From a virus (lineage: Duplodnaviria > Caudoviricetes): a DNA stretch of 64,000 nt. Shown here piece after piece: positions 40,808-51,200 of this stretch. How positions within the stretch are numbered: position 1 is the first letter of the stretch; each line of letters begins with the position of its first letter. The stretch lies in IMG/VR virus record IMGVR_UViG_3300023108_000002; one strand, 5' to 3'. The notes under the pieces were generated by a model. The model saw only the letters and a program-made list of their open reading frames with translations. It had not been told where the DNA came from and did no database searches. The translations under genes were made by a program, and so were the position numbers.

Positions 40808-40816
40808 TCTTTTTTT

Positions 40817-40824
40817 TATAAATA
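40817..40824 (+). promoter_or_regulatory. T4-type late promoter TATAAATA upstream of P4
   Basis: Exact motif after a T-run (TTTTTTTTATAAATATAATGAAAA); TAGGAG RBS follows. Confidence 0.85.
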
Positions 40825-40866
40825 TAATGAAAACGAACTAATTCAAATTATAGGAGTTTATTAAGA

Positions 40867-43800
40867 ATGTCCGTATCAATTAATAGAAACAATATGACTC
40901 AGCTAGATGGTTTCTATGCTGGCGAAATAAGAGAAAAAACAACACCAGTCCTTAAACATCTTGCGGATGACCTTCTTGCAAATGGATTTGAAGATGTCGG
41001 GCCAACTATTACAAAATTGACATTGAATAATAAACAATTGACAAAATATATTGATGAATTTATTGTTTATCATTACGATTCAAATTGTATTACTCCATCA
41101 GAAGGAGCATTTGGTATTGGTGACCCTATTAACGCAACTCCTGTTCGTGCTTTTGGAAGCGGCTCAGTTGATTATTTACTGGATGGAATTGGAAGTCAAA
41201 GAGTTAAAAAAATTGATGATGTTTATTTATATGACGATTGGCATCTCCACCTTTCAGAAGAACTTCAGCAGGGTATGACATACACAGGCGCACTAGATTT
41301 AGAAACTGCACTTGGGCCAAATTGCGAACTTTTTTCTTATTTAAATCCACATCCAAATATGCGAGGCGGCGAGGCTAGATGGCACACTTCACTTCAAGAT
41401 AATGCTGGAGATGGAACCGCTCAAACTGTTATACACATGGTAAGTACTGAACTCTTACAGGAAGGGGATATTCTTTTTGAAATTGCTGGCGTTCCAACTG
41501 TATCGCCATTTCCAACTATTACTGCAATAAACTCTAGCACATCTATTACTATGGACCAAGCAGTTACTTCTACTCGCGGTGATGAATTAATTTTTGGTAA
41601 AGATCAAGCATTGTATGCGGCTGGTTCCACATCTCTTAGACCAGTTGACCTTTACAACGGCCATTTTTATAAAAAACGTCCCTCCGCAGTTCCATTATTA
41701 TCAACCGCCGGCCCTGCTAAACAGCCTGGATATGTGGGATTGCCAGGAATTTCTGAAAAAATTTATTATAATGAATTTAATAAAATTAAAAGACTCATCA
41801 CAACCGCAGCCAGAGGTGTTACATTTATGCCTGCTGCATCAACTGGAGTGAATACTGAAGCAAAATTGCGTCATTATAAAGAAGAAAAAGCAGCAGACGG
41901 AACAGTCAAACATCATTTTTGGATTTCTAACTATAAGGACGATTTTTTCTTTCCAGCAGGAACAGTAGAACCGTCTAAATATCAGGGAGACCTTATGCTT
42001 GGTTTTGATTCTGCATTTACAACAAATGTGTTTCAAATTGGAGACATTTACACTTTTACATTTACTCATAAAGGAATCGCTCCAGCACCAGATGTTATCT
42101 ATGAAATTCCAGTAATTGTTGGATTGGACCCGACAATTAAAGGGTTTACTCAATCTCTTCACGAAGAAATGCAAAAATCTCCTTTAGCAGATCCTAAAGG
42201 TGGTGTTTTCTCTGCAATTATTGATCCAGATAGAATTGGTGTTATTGAATTTACATCTAGAGATATGGGCCACAGTTTAACAGCGTCTGTTTCTAGAACC
42301 GCGCGGCCAAATCAATCTTATACAAATTCAGTTGTGAATTTCATTGTTCCGCAAACTCAAGCTTCATCTACAGTAACTGATGGAGTTACAACCTCTACAG
42401 GCGCGACATATACAAATGGTTATATCCATGAAGTGCAAATTAGAGGATTAGAAGGTTCTAATATTGGAGATGAATTCCAAATCACTCTTGAAGGTGTTGT
42501 TGATGAAGATGCAGCAGATGTTACATTAACAACAGCAGTGAAAGATGTCGTAATTGATTTTACAACTAATGTCAGTTTAAATGCTTCTCAATTGGCAGAG
42601 GCCATGGCGAATAAAATTAGAGCAAATGCTTATGTATCAAAATACATGAAAGTTGAAGCAGGTGCAAACTTTATTACTATCAAATATGATAGAGCATCTT
42701 CTGCATACATGAAAAAATCAATAGTTGGCGCAACTCATGGATTACTTGGTGTTGATTCTGCAACATTGACAGGGACAATTGGCGCAACATCTTCTTCTGA
42801 ATATTCACTAGATGGATTTTTAGTTGCCGACCTTCCAACACATGCAGCATTCACAGCAAATGTGACAAATTTTTATACAGCAGATGTCTTACATAGTGTT
42901 GCATCAACAGGAGTTGAAGATGGTTTGGATTTTGAATTGGCAGAGACTCAAGCCGGTGTAAATTCAGCAGTTTCCACAGTTCGTTTGGGTTTCCCTCTTG
43001 CAAGAGATTTGGGAACATTTGCAAATCCTCCGACTGGAAATTGGACTGCTTATTCTAATTTTAAACTCCCAGGCAAAGGCGCTGGGGGTTCAGGATTAAC
43101 AAATTATTTTGTTTCTTATGAAATGCAAGTTTTGTCAAATGAAAACAGACCACTTGGGCCACAAGTTTCCTTTGACACCAATTCTCTTTTATCACATCCA
43201 AATACACAATATGGTGGCTCATCATCTGGAGAGGTTTCTTGGACAGAATTCGATAGATTTACTAAAGAAATTGAAATTGAATCCTTTGAATATATTGAAG
43301 ATTATTCGATGGGTCCAATTGTTTTAGAATCTTCATCAACATCGCAATTGTCTGGATCGAATGGAGATCAACCTTGGAGACTACGATTAGATGTTTCTAG
43401 AGGACAGGAAGTTAGAGAAACTTCGCCATATATAAATCCAAAAGTATTGGAGACTAATCAGGATCCTAGAAGCGTTTATGCAACTACAGGATATGAATAT
43501 TTGAGTGTTCATGTCGCTACTAAATTTCAGCTTCAATCAGATGGTGATATTTCTGAGATTCAAGGAAGAGATGGAATTCGCAAAGGCGATATGAGAGAGC
43601 CAGGATTTTTAGGAGCTTTAAGGCCTCAATTTAATGGATATTTAGAAACAATTACTCACTTAGTAAATCCATATGTAAATAGACTTGAACTTGAAGATAA
43701 TATTCAAAGTGGATTCAATATCTATGGTGGTTTGGTTGGAAGTCAACATTATACTTCAGCATATGCCTTAAAAACAATTGGGCCCGGCGCGACCGGAACC

Positions 43801-44814
43801 TACAATTTTTCAGAAGCATTCTCTTTACCAGCTGGAACAACAGCCCCAACACTTCCTTCTGGGACTTCTATAACTAAGGGAGTATTATCTGACGATGAAT
43901 ATAGATTTGAAGAAAAACTATTAAAAGGAACTTCTACTGAAATGTTGAATGATACTCCATATAATAGTGGATCTTTGAGAATACAAAAAGGATTGTTTAG
44001 AAGAACTGGAAAATTCGGTCCTGAGATTTCTGGACAGTATCCAATGAGTTATACATTAACTGTTGCGGATCATGGAATTTCTTTTTATATTAAAGATCAA
44101 GCATCTCATGCACAGGCAGATGACAATGCATTCTTCCTTGTTCAGAGACATGTTGATGCAACGACTGGCCAACCAGATTTTACATCAGAACATCAGCCAT
44201 TACATTGTGTATATCAATCTTCATTACCTCCTGTATTGTATTCTGACCTAACTCCATATTTTACTGAAAAACAACGGGTCAGGGCAAATTCTTTGGCATA
44301 TCAAGGAATTTATGATGCCTCTGGAAATTATACATATGAATTTAGAATTGATGAGTTGAAAGATGAAGAACTTCAGGCTCTTGAAATGGATACACAGGGC
44401 CGATTTAGGAGATTTGTTGTTAGAGAAAAAGACACATTAAAACCTTGGGATAGACATGTTTTCGCAGGAATCAATGAAAGAGATTCTCATGCGGTGTTAA
44501 ATCCTTTGGAACAACTTACTCTAAACGACCAAGGACAACTTGTAATTCAGTTCCCAAATAGATTAGGTTCTCAAAGATTCCTTTATACAGGAACAGAACT
44601 AGACTTAATTGCATTCTGTGGAGCTGGAGCAGTAGGTCAAGATACACTCATCACTAGTGATAGATTTAGTACTACTGGAACTAATGACAAGAGAAGATTG
44701 TACAAAGGCCAAATGTCAACTGAAGCTTTTGGAAATGGTATGCGAATTCTTCAATTAGTTGCTGGACATGGAATCGCTACAACGGATGTTGATACAAGTC
44801 TACTGTCCTCTTAA
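40867..44814 (+). CDS. Unassigned virion structural protein, paralogue P4 (1315 aa)
   Basis: QPWRLRL, HVATKFQL..DG, GRDGI...REPG, YPMSY.LT...HG, DQA..Q.DD.AFF.VQRHV, RFVVRE.D.LKPWD.H, GNGMRI core as in P1-P3. Confidence 0.8.
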   Translation: MSVSINRNNMTQLDGFYAGEIREKTTPVLKHLADDLLANGFEDVGPTITKLTLNNKQLTKYIDEFIVYHYDSNCITPSEGAFGIGDPINATPVRAFGSGSVDYLLDGIGSQRVKKIDDVYLYDDWHLHLSEELQQGMTYTGALDLETALGPNCELFSYLNPHPNMRGGEARWHTSLQDNAGDGTAQTVIHMVSTELLQEGDILFEIAGVPTVSPFPTITAINSSTSITMDQAVTSTRGDELIFGKDQALYAAGSTSLRPVDLYNGHFYKKRPSAVPLLSTAGPAKQPGYVGLPGISEKIYYNEFNKIKRLITTAARGVTFMPAASTGVNTEAKLRHYKEEKAADGTVKHHFWISNYKDDFFFPAGTVEPSKYQGDLMLGFDSAFTTNVFQIGDIYTFTFTHKGIAPAPDVIYEIPVIVGLDPTIKGFTQSLHEEMQKSPLADPKGGVFSAIIDPDRIGVIEFTSRDMGHSLTASVSRTARPNQSYTNSVVNFIVPQTQASSTVTDGVTTSTGATYTNGYIHEVQIRGLEGSNIGDEFQITLEGVVDEDAADVTLTTAVKDVVIDFTTNVSLNASQLAEAMANKIRANAYVSKYMKVEAGANFITIKYDRASSAYMKKSIVGATHGLLGVDSATLTGTIGATSSSEYSLDGFLVADLPTHAAFTANVTNFYTADVLHSVASTGVEDGLDFELAETQAGVNSAVSTVRLGFPLARDLGTFANPPTGNWTAYSNFKLPGKGAGGSGLTNYFVSYEMQVLSNENRPLGPQVSFDTNSLLSHPNTQYGGSSSGEVSWTEFDRFTKEIEIESFEYIEDYSMGPIVLESSSTSQLSGSNGDQPWRLRLDVSRGQEVRETSPYINPKVLETNQDPRSVYATTGYEYLSVHVATKFQLQSDGDISEIQGRDGIRKGDMREPGFLGALRPQFNGYLETITHLVNPYVNRLELEDNIQSGFNIYGGLVGSQHYTSAYALKTIGPGATGTYNFSEAFSLPAGTTAPTLPSGTSITKGVLSDDEYRFEEKLLKGTSTEMLNDTPYNSGSLRIQKGLFRRTGKFGPEISGQYPMSYTLTVADHGISFYIKDQASHAQADDNAFFLVQRHVDATTGQPDFTSEHQPLHCVYQSSLPPVLYSDLTPYFTEKQRVRANSLAYQGIYDASGNYTYEFRIDELKDEELQALEMDTQGRFRRFVVREKDTLKPWDRHVFAGINERDSHAVLNPLEQLTLNDQGQLVIQFPNRLGSQRFLYTGTELDLIAFCGAGAVGQDTLITSDRFSTTGTNDKRRLYKGQMSTEAFGNGMRILQLVAGHGIATTDVDTSLLSS

Positions 44815-44827
44815 TATGAATTATTGA

Positions 44828-44865
44828 AGGGGGATTTGGAGAAAACTTAGTCTCCAAATCTTCCT
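44828..44865 (+). terminator. 15-bp stem-loop after P4 (terminator-like or RNA-stabilising; no U-tract)
   Basis: AGGGGGATTTGGAGA-AAACTTAG-TCTCCAAATCTTCCT, including two G-U pairs. Confidence 0.6.
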
Positions 44866-44870
44866 AAATA
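44863..44870 (+). promoter_or_regulatory. Probable late promoter variant CCTAAATA
   Basis: TAAATA followed by GTAGAAAA, the same downstream context as the promoter at 58221; GAGG RBS and ATG at 44889. Confidence 0.6.
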
Positions 44871-44888
44871 GTAGAAAAGAGGCTTTTC

Positions 44889-47800
44889 ATGACTAATGTA
44901 ATTCCAATAAGAGTTATAGTAGATGGTTCTGGAGACACAACTGGTTTAAGTGAATTTCTTGTAAACGAAACAGTAGGTCTGGACCATGGCGGAACCGGCG
45001 CAACAGATGCGGTCGGTGCAAGAACGAATCTTGGACTTTCTACTATCGCAGCAACTGGAAGTTGGACTGACCTCTTAAATAAACCAGATACTGATGCAAT
45101 TCCAGAAGGTTCTACCAACCTTTATTTTACAGATGAAAGAGTGGACGATAGAGTTGCCGCTCTTTTTGTTGATGGAACTGGAATTCAAAAAACATATGAT
45201 GACGTTGGAAATCTTCTAAACATTTCTATAGACTTTAGCGAATTCGACTCTGATGATATTGTCGAAGGCGCAGTCAATACATTCCTTGCAAATAGAACAA
45301 CTGATAATATTCCAGAAGGTTCAACAAATCTTTATTTTACAGAAACTAGATCAAGAAATTCCATTAGTGCAACTGGAAGTATTAATTATGATCCAGCTAC
45401 AGGTGTAATAAGTTATACCCAAGGCGATACTGATACAATCGTAGAAGGCACAACAAATCTCTATTTCACAAATGAACGTGTCGATGACAGAGTTGCTGCT
45501 CTTATTCAAGACGGTGTTGGCATTGTCAAAAATTATGATGATGCTGGTAATCTATTAGATATTGCTATTAATTTTACAGAGTTTGATACTGATGATATTA
45601 TTGAAGGTAGTGTAAATACATATCTTGCAAACAGAACTACAGATGATATCCCAGAGGGTTCGACAAACCTTTACTATACAGACGCAAGAGCAGACGCTAG
45701 AATCGCCGCTGCAAGTGTTGATGCACTATCTGATGTAGATACTACAACAACTGCACCAAACACTGGAGAGGCGCTTGTATGGGACGGAACAAACTTTGTT
45801 CCTGGCGTTACATTTAGTCAAGGAGATTTTGATACTGCATTTACCAATAAAGACGCCTCCGATTTAAATCTTGGTACTCCAACAGATGGAAGTCTGAGTG
45901 ATGGAGCTATAATTTTAGATTCTACAGATAAAACAGTAGATGCTATTGATGAATTGAATGAGGCGTTAAACAACATTAGAATTGGTGTATTTGTAAGAAG
46001 TGTATCATTCACCGCATCTCCACTTGCGGGGGGTGAAGGAACTACAGTAACTTTATCTTTGAATGTTGATGGTTCTCCAAATAGATATGATATTGATTGG
46101 GGAGATGGTTCTAACACAAATGGCACAACCGACTCAACACCAAGTCATACATATACATCCAATGCTGGAAGTCCTTATACAGTGACCGTTAGAGCATATA
46201 ATAGTTCAGGGTCGGGTGCTGGAAGCGAAGCAACAGCAACTAATACAGATTATATTATCATTTATACAGCAGACCCTAGCACCGCATTTGCACTTTATAG
46301 AACTGTTTCTGGTGGTTCTTCTCTTAGCGGAAACGATCTTTATGTTATAGAGGGGCAAAGTTTATATTTACAAAATATTACTACAAATACTTTAATGGCA
46401 GATGTTACATATAATGTGAATTGGGGAGATGGAAGCGCACTTGATAATATTGCATCTGATGTAGCAGACGGCGGTGTGAGTGGTTCTAGATTACAACATA
46501 CATGGGGTGCAAATACAGATACAGGAACTGGAAGAGATACAGTTATATTAACATTAGACTCACACACCACAGCCGATCCTTCTGTAATTCCAACTAGTAC
46601 ATCCCTGCAACTTAAAGTATATGATCCTAATATCTCAACTCCAGCGGGATTGAGCTCAAAGTCAATAAGTTTTACTGGTGATGTTGGAACTTCTCCTAAA
46701 CTCGTATCTGGATTTACAGATAATACTGGAGGCACTTCTCTTGTGGCAGGAAGCAATGTAGATAGAACAACATCAACTTCTGGTTCTGTTCAGTCTACTA
46801 CAATTTCTACTTTTGCATATAATGCAGATGGTGGAACACTTGACGCAATTGTAAATGGTTCTTCAGATGGACAAATTACTTTTGATGGTAATGATAATTC
46901 TGGAACAGTCACTAGTCTTGTTGTTACAGAAGAAAGAGATTACAATTTATTAGACTCTGATGGTTCCAGTATTTCATTCACTTCCAGTGTATATCACCCA
47001 GATTTATATAAAGGATTCAAGGCTAGAGTTTCCAAGAGCGCAGCGACACTTAGTATTGGGATAAATAGTTTTCAATTATCTCACTCGACAACTGGAAATA
47101 CAAATCTTATAGAATTTGTAAAAGACGATTTAACATCTACACCAACAGTTACTTCTGGCACTCTTTCTGAGAATGTTGGCAATTACAGATATATTTCTGG
47201 AATTCCGTATTATACTTCAGGTTCGTCTTTGACCTTGAGCGGAGTTACTATTAATAATTTTATAGGTCAAACGTATAGAGATACATCTAGTGTTGTGACT
47301 GTACAGAGCGGAACTAACCAAGAAGGAACTTCTCAGTCTGCCATTTCTACTCAAAATTATAATTATTCTCAAATTGATGGATCTGTTACTTTCTTGAGTG
47401 ATGGAATTCCTATTGCAAACACTGGAAATGGTTCTGCATACTCAATTGGAGATTTGACTGTTAATATTACGGGTTCTGGTGTTAGGACTGTCGAAACTAT
47501 AAGTATTAGTGCTAATAATGTAAACGGAAGCGGAAGTTCGGTGCAAAACAATACAGCTTTACAGGTTCATACATCATCTCAATCAAACATAGATGAAACA
47601 AATATTAGCGTTTCAAGTTCTCTGGGTTCTGGTTTCAATGATGGTGGAGTTAGAGTTTTTGATTTTAATTTAGCAACCACCACAAATCCCTCAATAAATG
47701 ATGCAAACAATTACTATACAAGTAATCCATACACTGAAGGTTCTGATCCAGGCGTTGTTGGAACACAGGAAGCGACACTTAGATTAGGAGATATTGAACA

Positions 47801-48248
47801 CAATACAAATGATTACAGTAGTGGATATCTTCCAGTAGGACCAGATCGTTCTGGTGATACTGGTCAACAATATTTTACTTTTGCTTTCAGACGCACAGTA
47901 GTAGCAAACTTCAATATAAATATAACAAGTCCTAGTGGTGTGGCGGGTGTTTGGATTGCAGCTCCAGGCACAGCCATAGGAGCCACTAGTTCTATAAACG
48001 GATGGTTAGATTGTGGTGTTCAATATGCTGGTGCTGGAATCCCAGGCGCAAACACTGGCTCGGGTGGAAATGGTAGCAATGGTTGTGCCTCAACTGGTTC
48101 TGATAGGATTCTCCCAAATGCTTCTTTGAGCGGAAGTTATACCATGACACTAGGAACTGAAAATCTTACAAATGCTACTGGAAATGTTGCACTTGTACGG
48201 ATTGCATTAGATTCTGGTCAATCTATAACATCACTTAGTGTGTCATAG
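44889..48248 (+). CDS. Tail-fibre-associated structural protein with PKD-like domains (1119 aa)
   Basis: Four EGSTNLY(F/Y)T repeats; two Y.I.WGDG...HT PKD-type motifs; Ser/Thr/Gly-rich beta C-terminal part; TAG stop. Confidence 0.7.
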   Translation: MTNVIPIRVIVDGSGDTTGLSEFLVNETVGLDHGGTGATDAVGARTNLGLSTIAATGSWTDLLNKPDTDAIPEGSTNLYFTDERVDDRVAALFVDGTGIQKTYDDVGNLLNISIDFSEFDSDDIVEGAVNTFLANRTTDNIPEGSTNLYFTETRSRNSISATGSINYDPATGVISYTQGDTDTIVEGTTNLYFTNERVDDRVAALIQDGVGIVKNYDDAGNLLDIAINFTEFDTDDIIEGSVNTYLANRTTDDIPEGSTNLYYTDARADARIAAASVDALSDVDTTTTAPNTGEALVWDGTNFVPGVTFSQGDFDTAFTNKDASDLNLGTPTDGSLSDGAIILDSTDKTVDAIDELNEALNNIRIGVFVRSVSFTASPLAGGEGTTVTLSLNVDGSPNRYDIDWGDGSNTNGTTDSTPSHTYTSNAGSPYTVTVRAYNSSGSGAGSEATATNTDYIIIYTADPSTAFALYRTVSGGSSLSGNDLYVIEGQSLYLQNITTNTLMADVTYNVNWGDGSALDNIASDVADGGVSGSRLQHTWGANTDTGTGRDTVILTLDSHTTADPSVIPTSTSLQLKVYDPNISTPAGLSSKSISFTGDVGTSPKLVSGFTDNTGGTSLVAGSNVDRTTSTSGSVQSTTISTFAYNADGGTLDAIVNGSSDGQITFDGNDNSGTVTSLVVTEERDYNLLDSDGSSISFTSSVYHPDLYKGFKARVSKSAATLSIGINSFQLSHSTTGNTNLIEFVKDDLTSTPTVTSGTLSENVGNYRYISGIPYYTSGSSLTLSGVTINNFIGQTYRDTSSVVTVQSGTNQEGTSQSAISTQNYNYSQIDGSVTFLSDGIPIANTGNGSAYSIGDLTVNITGSGVRTVETISISANNVNGSGSSVQNNTALQVHTSSQSNIDETNISVSSSLGSGFNDGGVRVFDFNLATTTNPSINDANNYYTSNPYTEGSDPGVVGTQEATLRLGDIEHNTNDYSSGYLPVGPDRSGDTGQQYFTFAFRRTVVANFNINITSPSGVAGVWIAAPGTAIGATSSINGWLDCGVQYAGAGIPGANTGSGGNGSNGCASTGSDRILPNASLSGSYTMTLGTENLTNATGNVALVRIALDSGQSITSLSVS

Positions 48249-51200
48249 GGGAAGTCATGGCGATAAACGACAATCAAAAACTTGACTTTCTTTGGAAGAA
48301 ACTTGGTTATGGTGTTTCAAAGACTGACATAAATTCAATAAAAAACGCCACAAACGAAAGTATTCCTAGTCCACTTTTGATTAGGGGCGATAGGCTCTGG
48401 GCCGAAGCAGACCAAATTCCCACCACAATTCCATCTTCAGACACTTCACAAGTACAATTAGAAACTATAGAAACAACTGCTGATGCAACTGCATCTGCGA
48501 ATAGAACTTGGAAAACTGGTAATGGTGATTGGATACCACCAGAATTTGGTTCTACATATCAGATAAAAGTATATCTTGATAATTCAGGAGCTGCAAATCC
48601 GGCTTCTACAGGAACACAACTATTTGCTGCTGGTTCTGGTAATAATGATGAATGGTTTTTTGATTATCAATCTGGTGTTCTAAACTTTATTGGAGATAAT
48701 CTTCCAAGTGGAATTAGTGGAAAAACTGTATATATTATTGGTGCAAGATATATTGGCAATTTTGGTATATCTGGAACAACTGATGGAATTGTTGAAGGTG
48801 CCACAAATCTCTACTATACAGATGAGAGAGTTGATGACAGAGTTGCAAATTTAATTTTAGATGGGCAGGGAATTACAAAAAGTTATGATGATGCTGGGAA
48901 TCTTCTAAACATTGCGATAGATTTTACTGAATTTGATTCGGATGATATTATTGAGGGTGCTGTAAACACTTTCTTAGCATCCAGAACTACTGATGATATT
49001 CCAGAAGGCTCAACCAATCTTTACTATACAGATGCTAGAGTTGACACTAATTTTGCAACTAAAACTACAACCGATCTTACGGAAGGCACTAATCTTTACT
49101 ATACAGATGCTAGAGTTGACACTAATTTTGCAACTAAAACTACAACCGATCTTACGGAAGGCACTAATCTTTACTATACAGATGCTAGAGTACAAACTTA
49201 TTTAACTGCAAATAACTATGCAACCATCTCTACAGTAACACAACAGGTCGCAGCACAAATTGGAGCAATTCAATCCGATCTTGATGATGAGATTTATGAT
49301 AGAGAACAAGCAGATTTAAATCTTCAAAGTCAGATTGATAATTTAGTACTGAACGACTTGACGGATGTAAGTGTAACTTCTCCAACTTCTGGAGATGCTC
49401 TTGTATGGAATGGAACTTCTTGGATTCCGCAAGCTCCATTTAGTCAAGCAGATTTTGATTCTGCTTTTGCTGCTAAAACTACAACTGATTTAACTGAAGG
49501 TACAAACCTTTATTATACTCAGACAAGATTCGACTCCGCATTTACTGCAAAATCTACTACGGACCTTTCTGAAGGAACAAATCTTTATTATACAGATGAA
49601 AGAGTTGATGATCGTGTCGCAGCCCTAATTCAAGATGGAGTTGGGATTACTAAAACTTATGACGATGCTGGTAATCTTCTAAACATTGCTATAGATTTTA
49701 CTGAATTTGATTCTGATGATATCATTGAAGGTGCTGTAAATACTTTCTTGGCCTCTAGAACCACTGACGATATTCCAGAGGGTTCAACAAATCTTTATTA
49801 CACAGAAGCAAGATTTGATACAAGACTGGCAACAAAATCTACAACTGATCTTGCAGAAGGTACAAACTTATATTTCACAGAAGAAAGAGTAGATGATAGA
49901 GTTGCCGCATTAATTCAAGCAGGAGAAGATATTTCTGTTGTATATGATGATGTTGCAAATACTCTAACGATTGCACTTGCATCTAGTGTTGATGGTTTAG
50001 ATTTATCAAATAATAGTACTGATGACCTTTCAGAAGGTTCTACCAATCTTTATTACACTGATGCAAGAGTTGATGCGAACTTTGCAACCAAGACTACCAC
50101 AGATTTGACTGAAGGTACAAATTTATACTATACTGATGCTAGATTTGATGTCAGACTTGCAACTAAGACAACAACCGATTTAACCGAAGGTACAAATCTC
50201 TATTATACAGAAGCCAGAGTTGATGCAAATATTGCAACAAAAACTACTGATGATATTACTGAAGGTGCAACAAATCTTTACTATACAGATGCTAGAGTAC
50301 AAACTTATTTAACTGCAAATAACTATGCAACCATCTCTACAGTAACACAACAGGTCGCAGCACAAATCGGATCTTTACAATCAGATTTGGACGATGAAAT
50401 ATATGATAGAGAACAGGGCGATCTTGCTTTACAAAATCAAATAGATTCTTTAACAACAACCGATGTTGCAGAGGGAACAAATCTCTACTATACAGATGCT
50501 AGATTTGACGCTAGATTGGCTGCAAAAACTACAACCGATTTAACTGAAGGCACAAATCTTTATTATACGGACGCAAGAGTTCAAACAAAACTTGGTGATG
50601 TTTCTGGACATATTATTCCAGATACAGATGTAACTTATGATTTAGGTAGCACAACCAACAAATTCCGCGATTTATATTTGAGTGGAAGTTCAATTTATTT
50701 GGGAAGTTTACAATTATCTGATAACAATGGAGCTCTTGAAGTTACCGCAAGTGGTTCTACAGAAGTATTTGCGACAGAGACATATGTTGATACTGCAATC
50801 TCAAATCTTATAGATACTGCTCCAACCACTCTTGATACTCTCAATGAACTTGCTGCAGCACTAGGAGATGATCCAAATTTTAGTACTACAATTACTAATT
50901 TGATTGGAACAAAACTTGCAACAGCAGATTTCAATACAACTGCTGACACTTGGTTGGGAACAAAATCTACAACTGATTTATCAGAAGGCACCAATCTTTA
51001 TTACACAGATGCAAGAGTAGATGCTAGAATTACTGCATCCAATCCATATGATTCTTCTGATTTTGATACAGACTTTTCTGGAAAGTCTACAACAGATTTA
51101 ACTGAAGGTACAAATCTTTACTATACGGACGCTAGGGCGGACGCTAGAGTTGCTGCTGCAAATATTGGAGTATTGAATGATGTAAATACAACCGGCATTG

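Noticed and set aside
39835-48248. Stop-codon reassignment (TAG/TGA), as in some jumbo phages
   Set aside because: The standard code already gives near-complete coding density. TGA at 39835 and TAG at 48246 are each followed by an RBS and a new start (the latter out of frame).
29871-49191. Regular 42-, 75- and 84-nt direct repeats as a possible CRISPR array
   Set aside because: They are head-to-tail, in-frame coding repeats with no unique spacers, and no cas gene is nearby.
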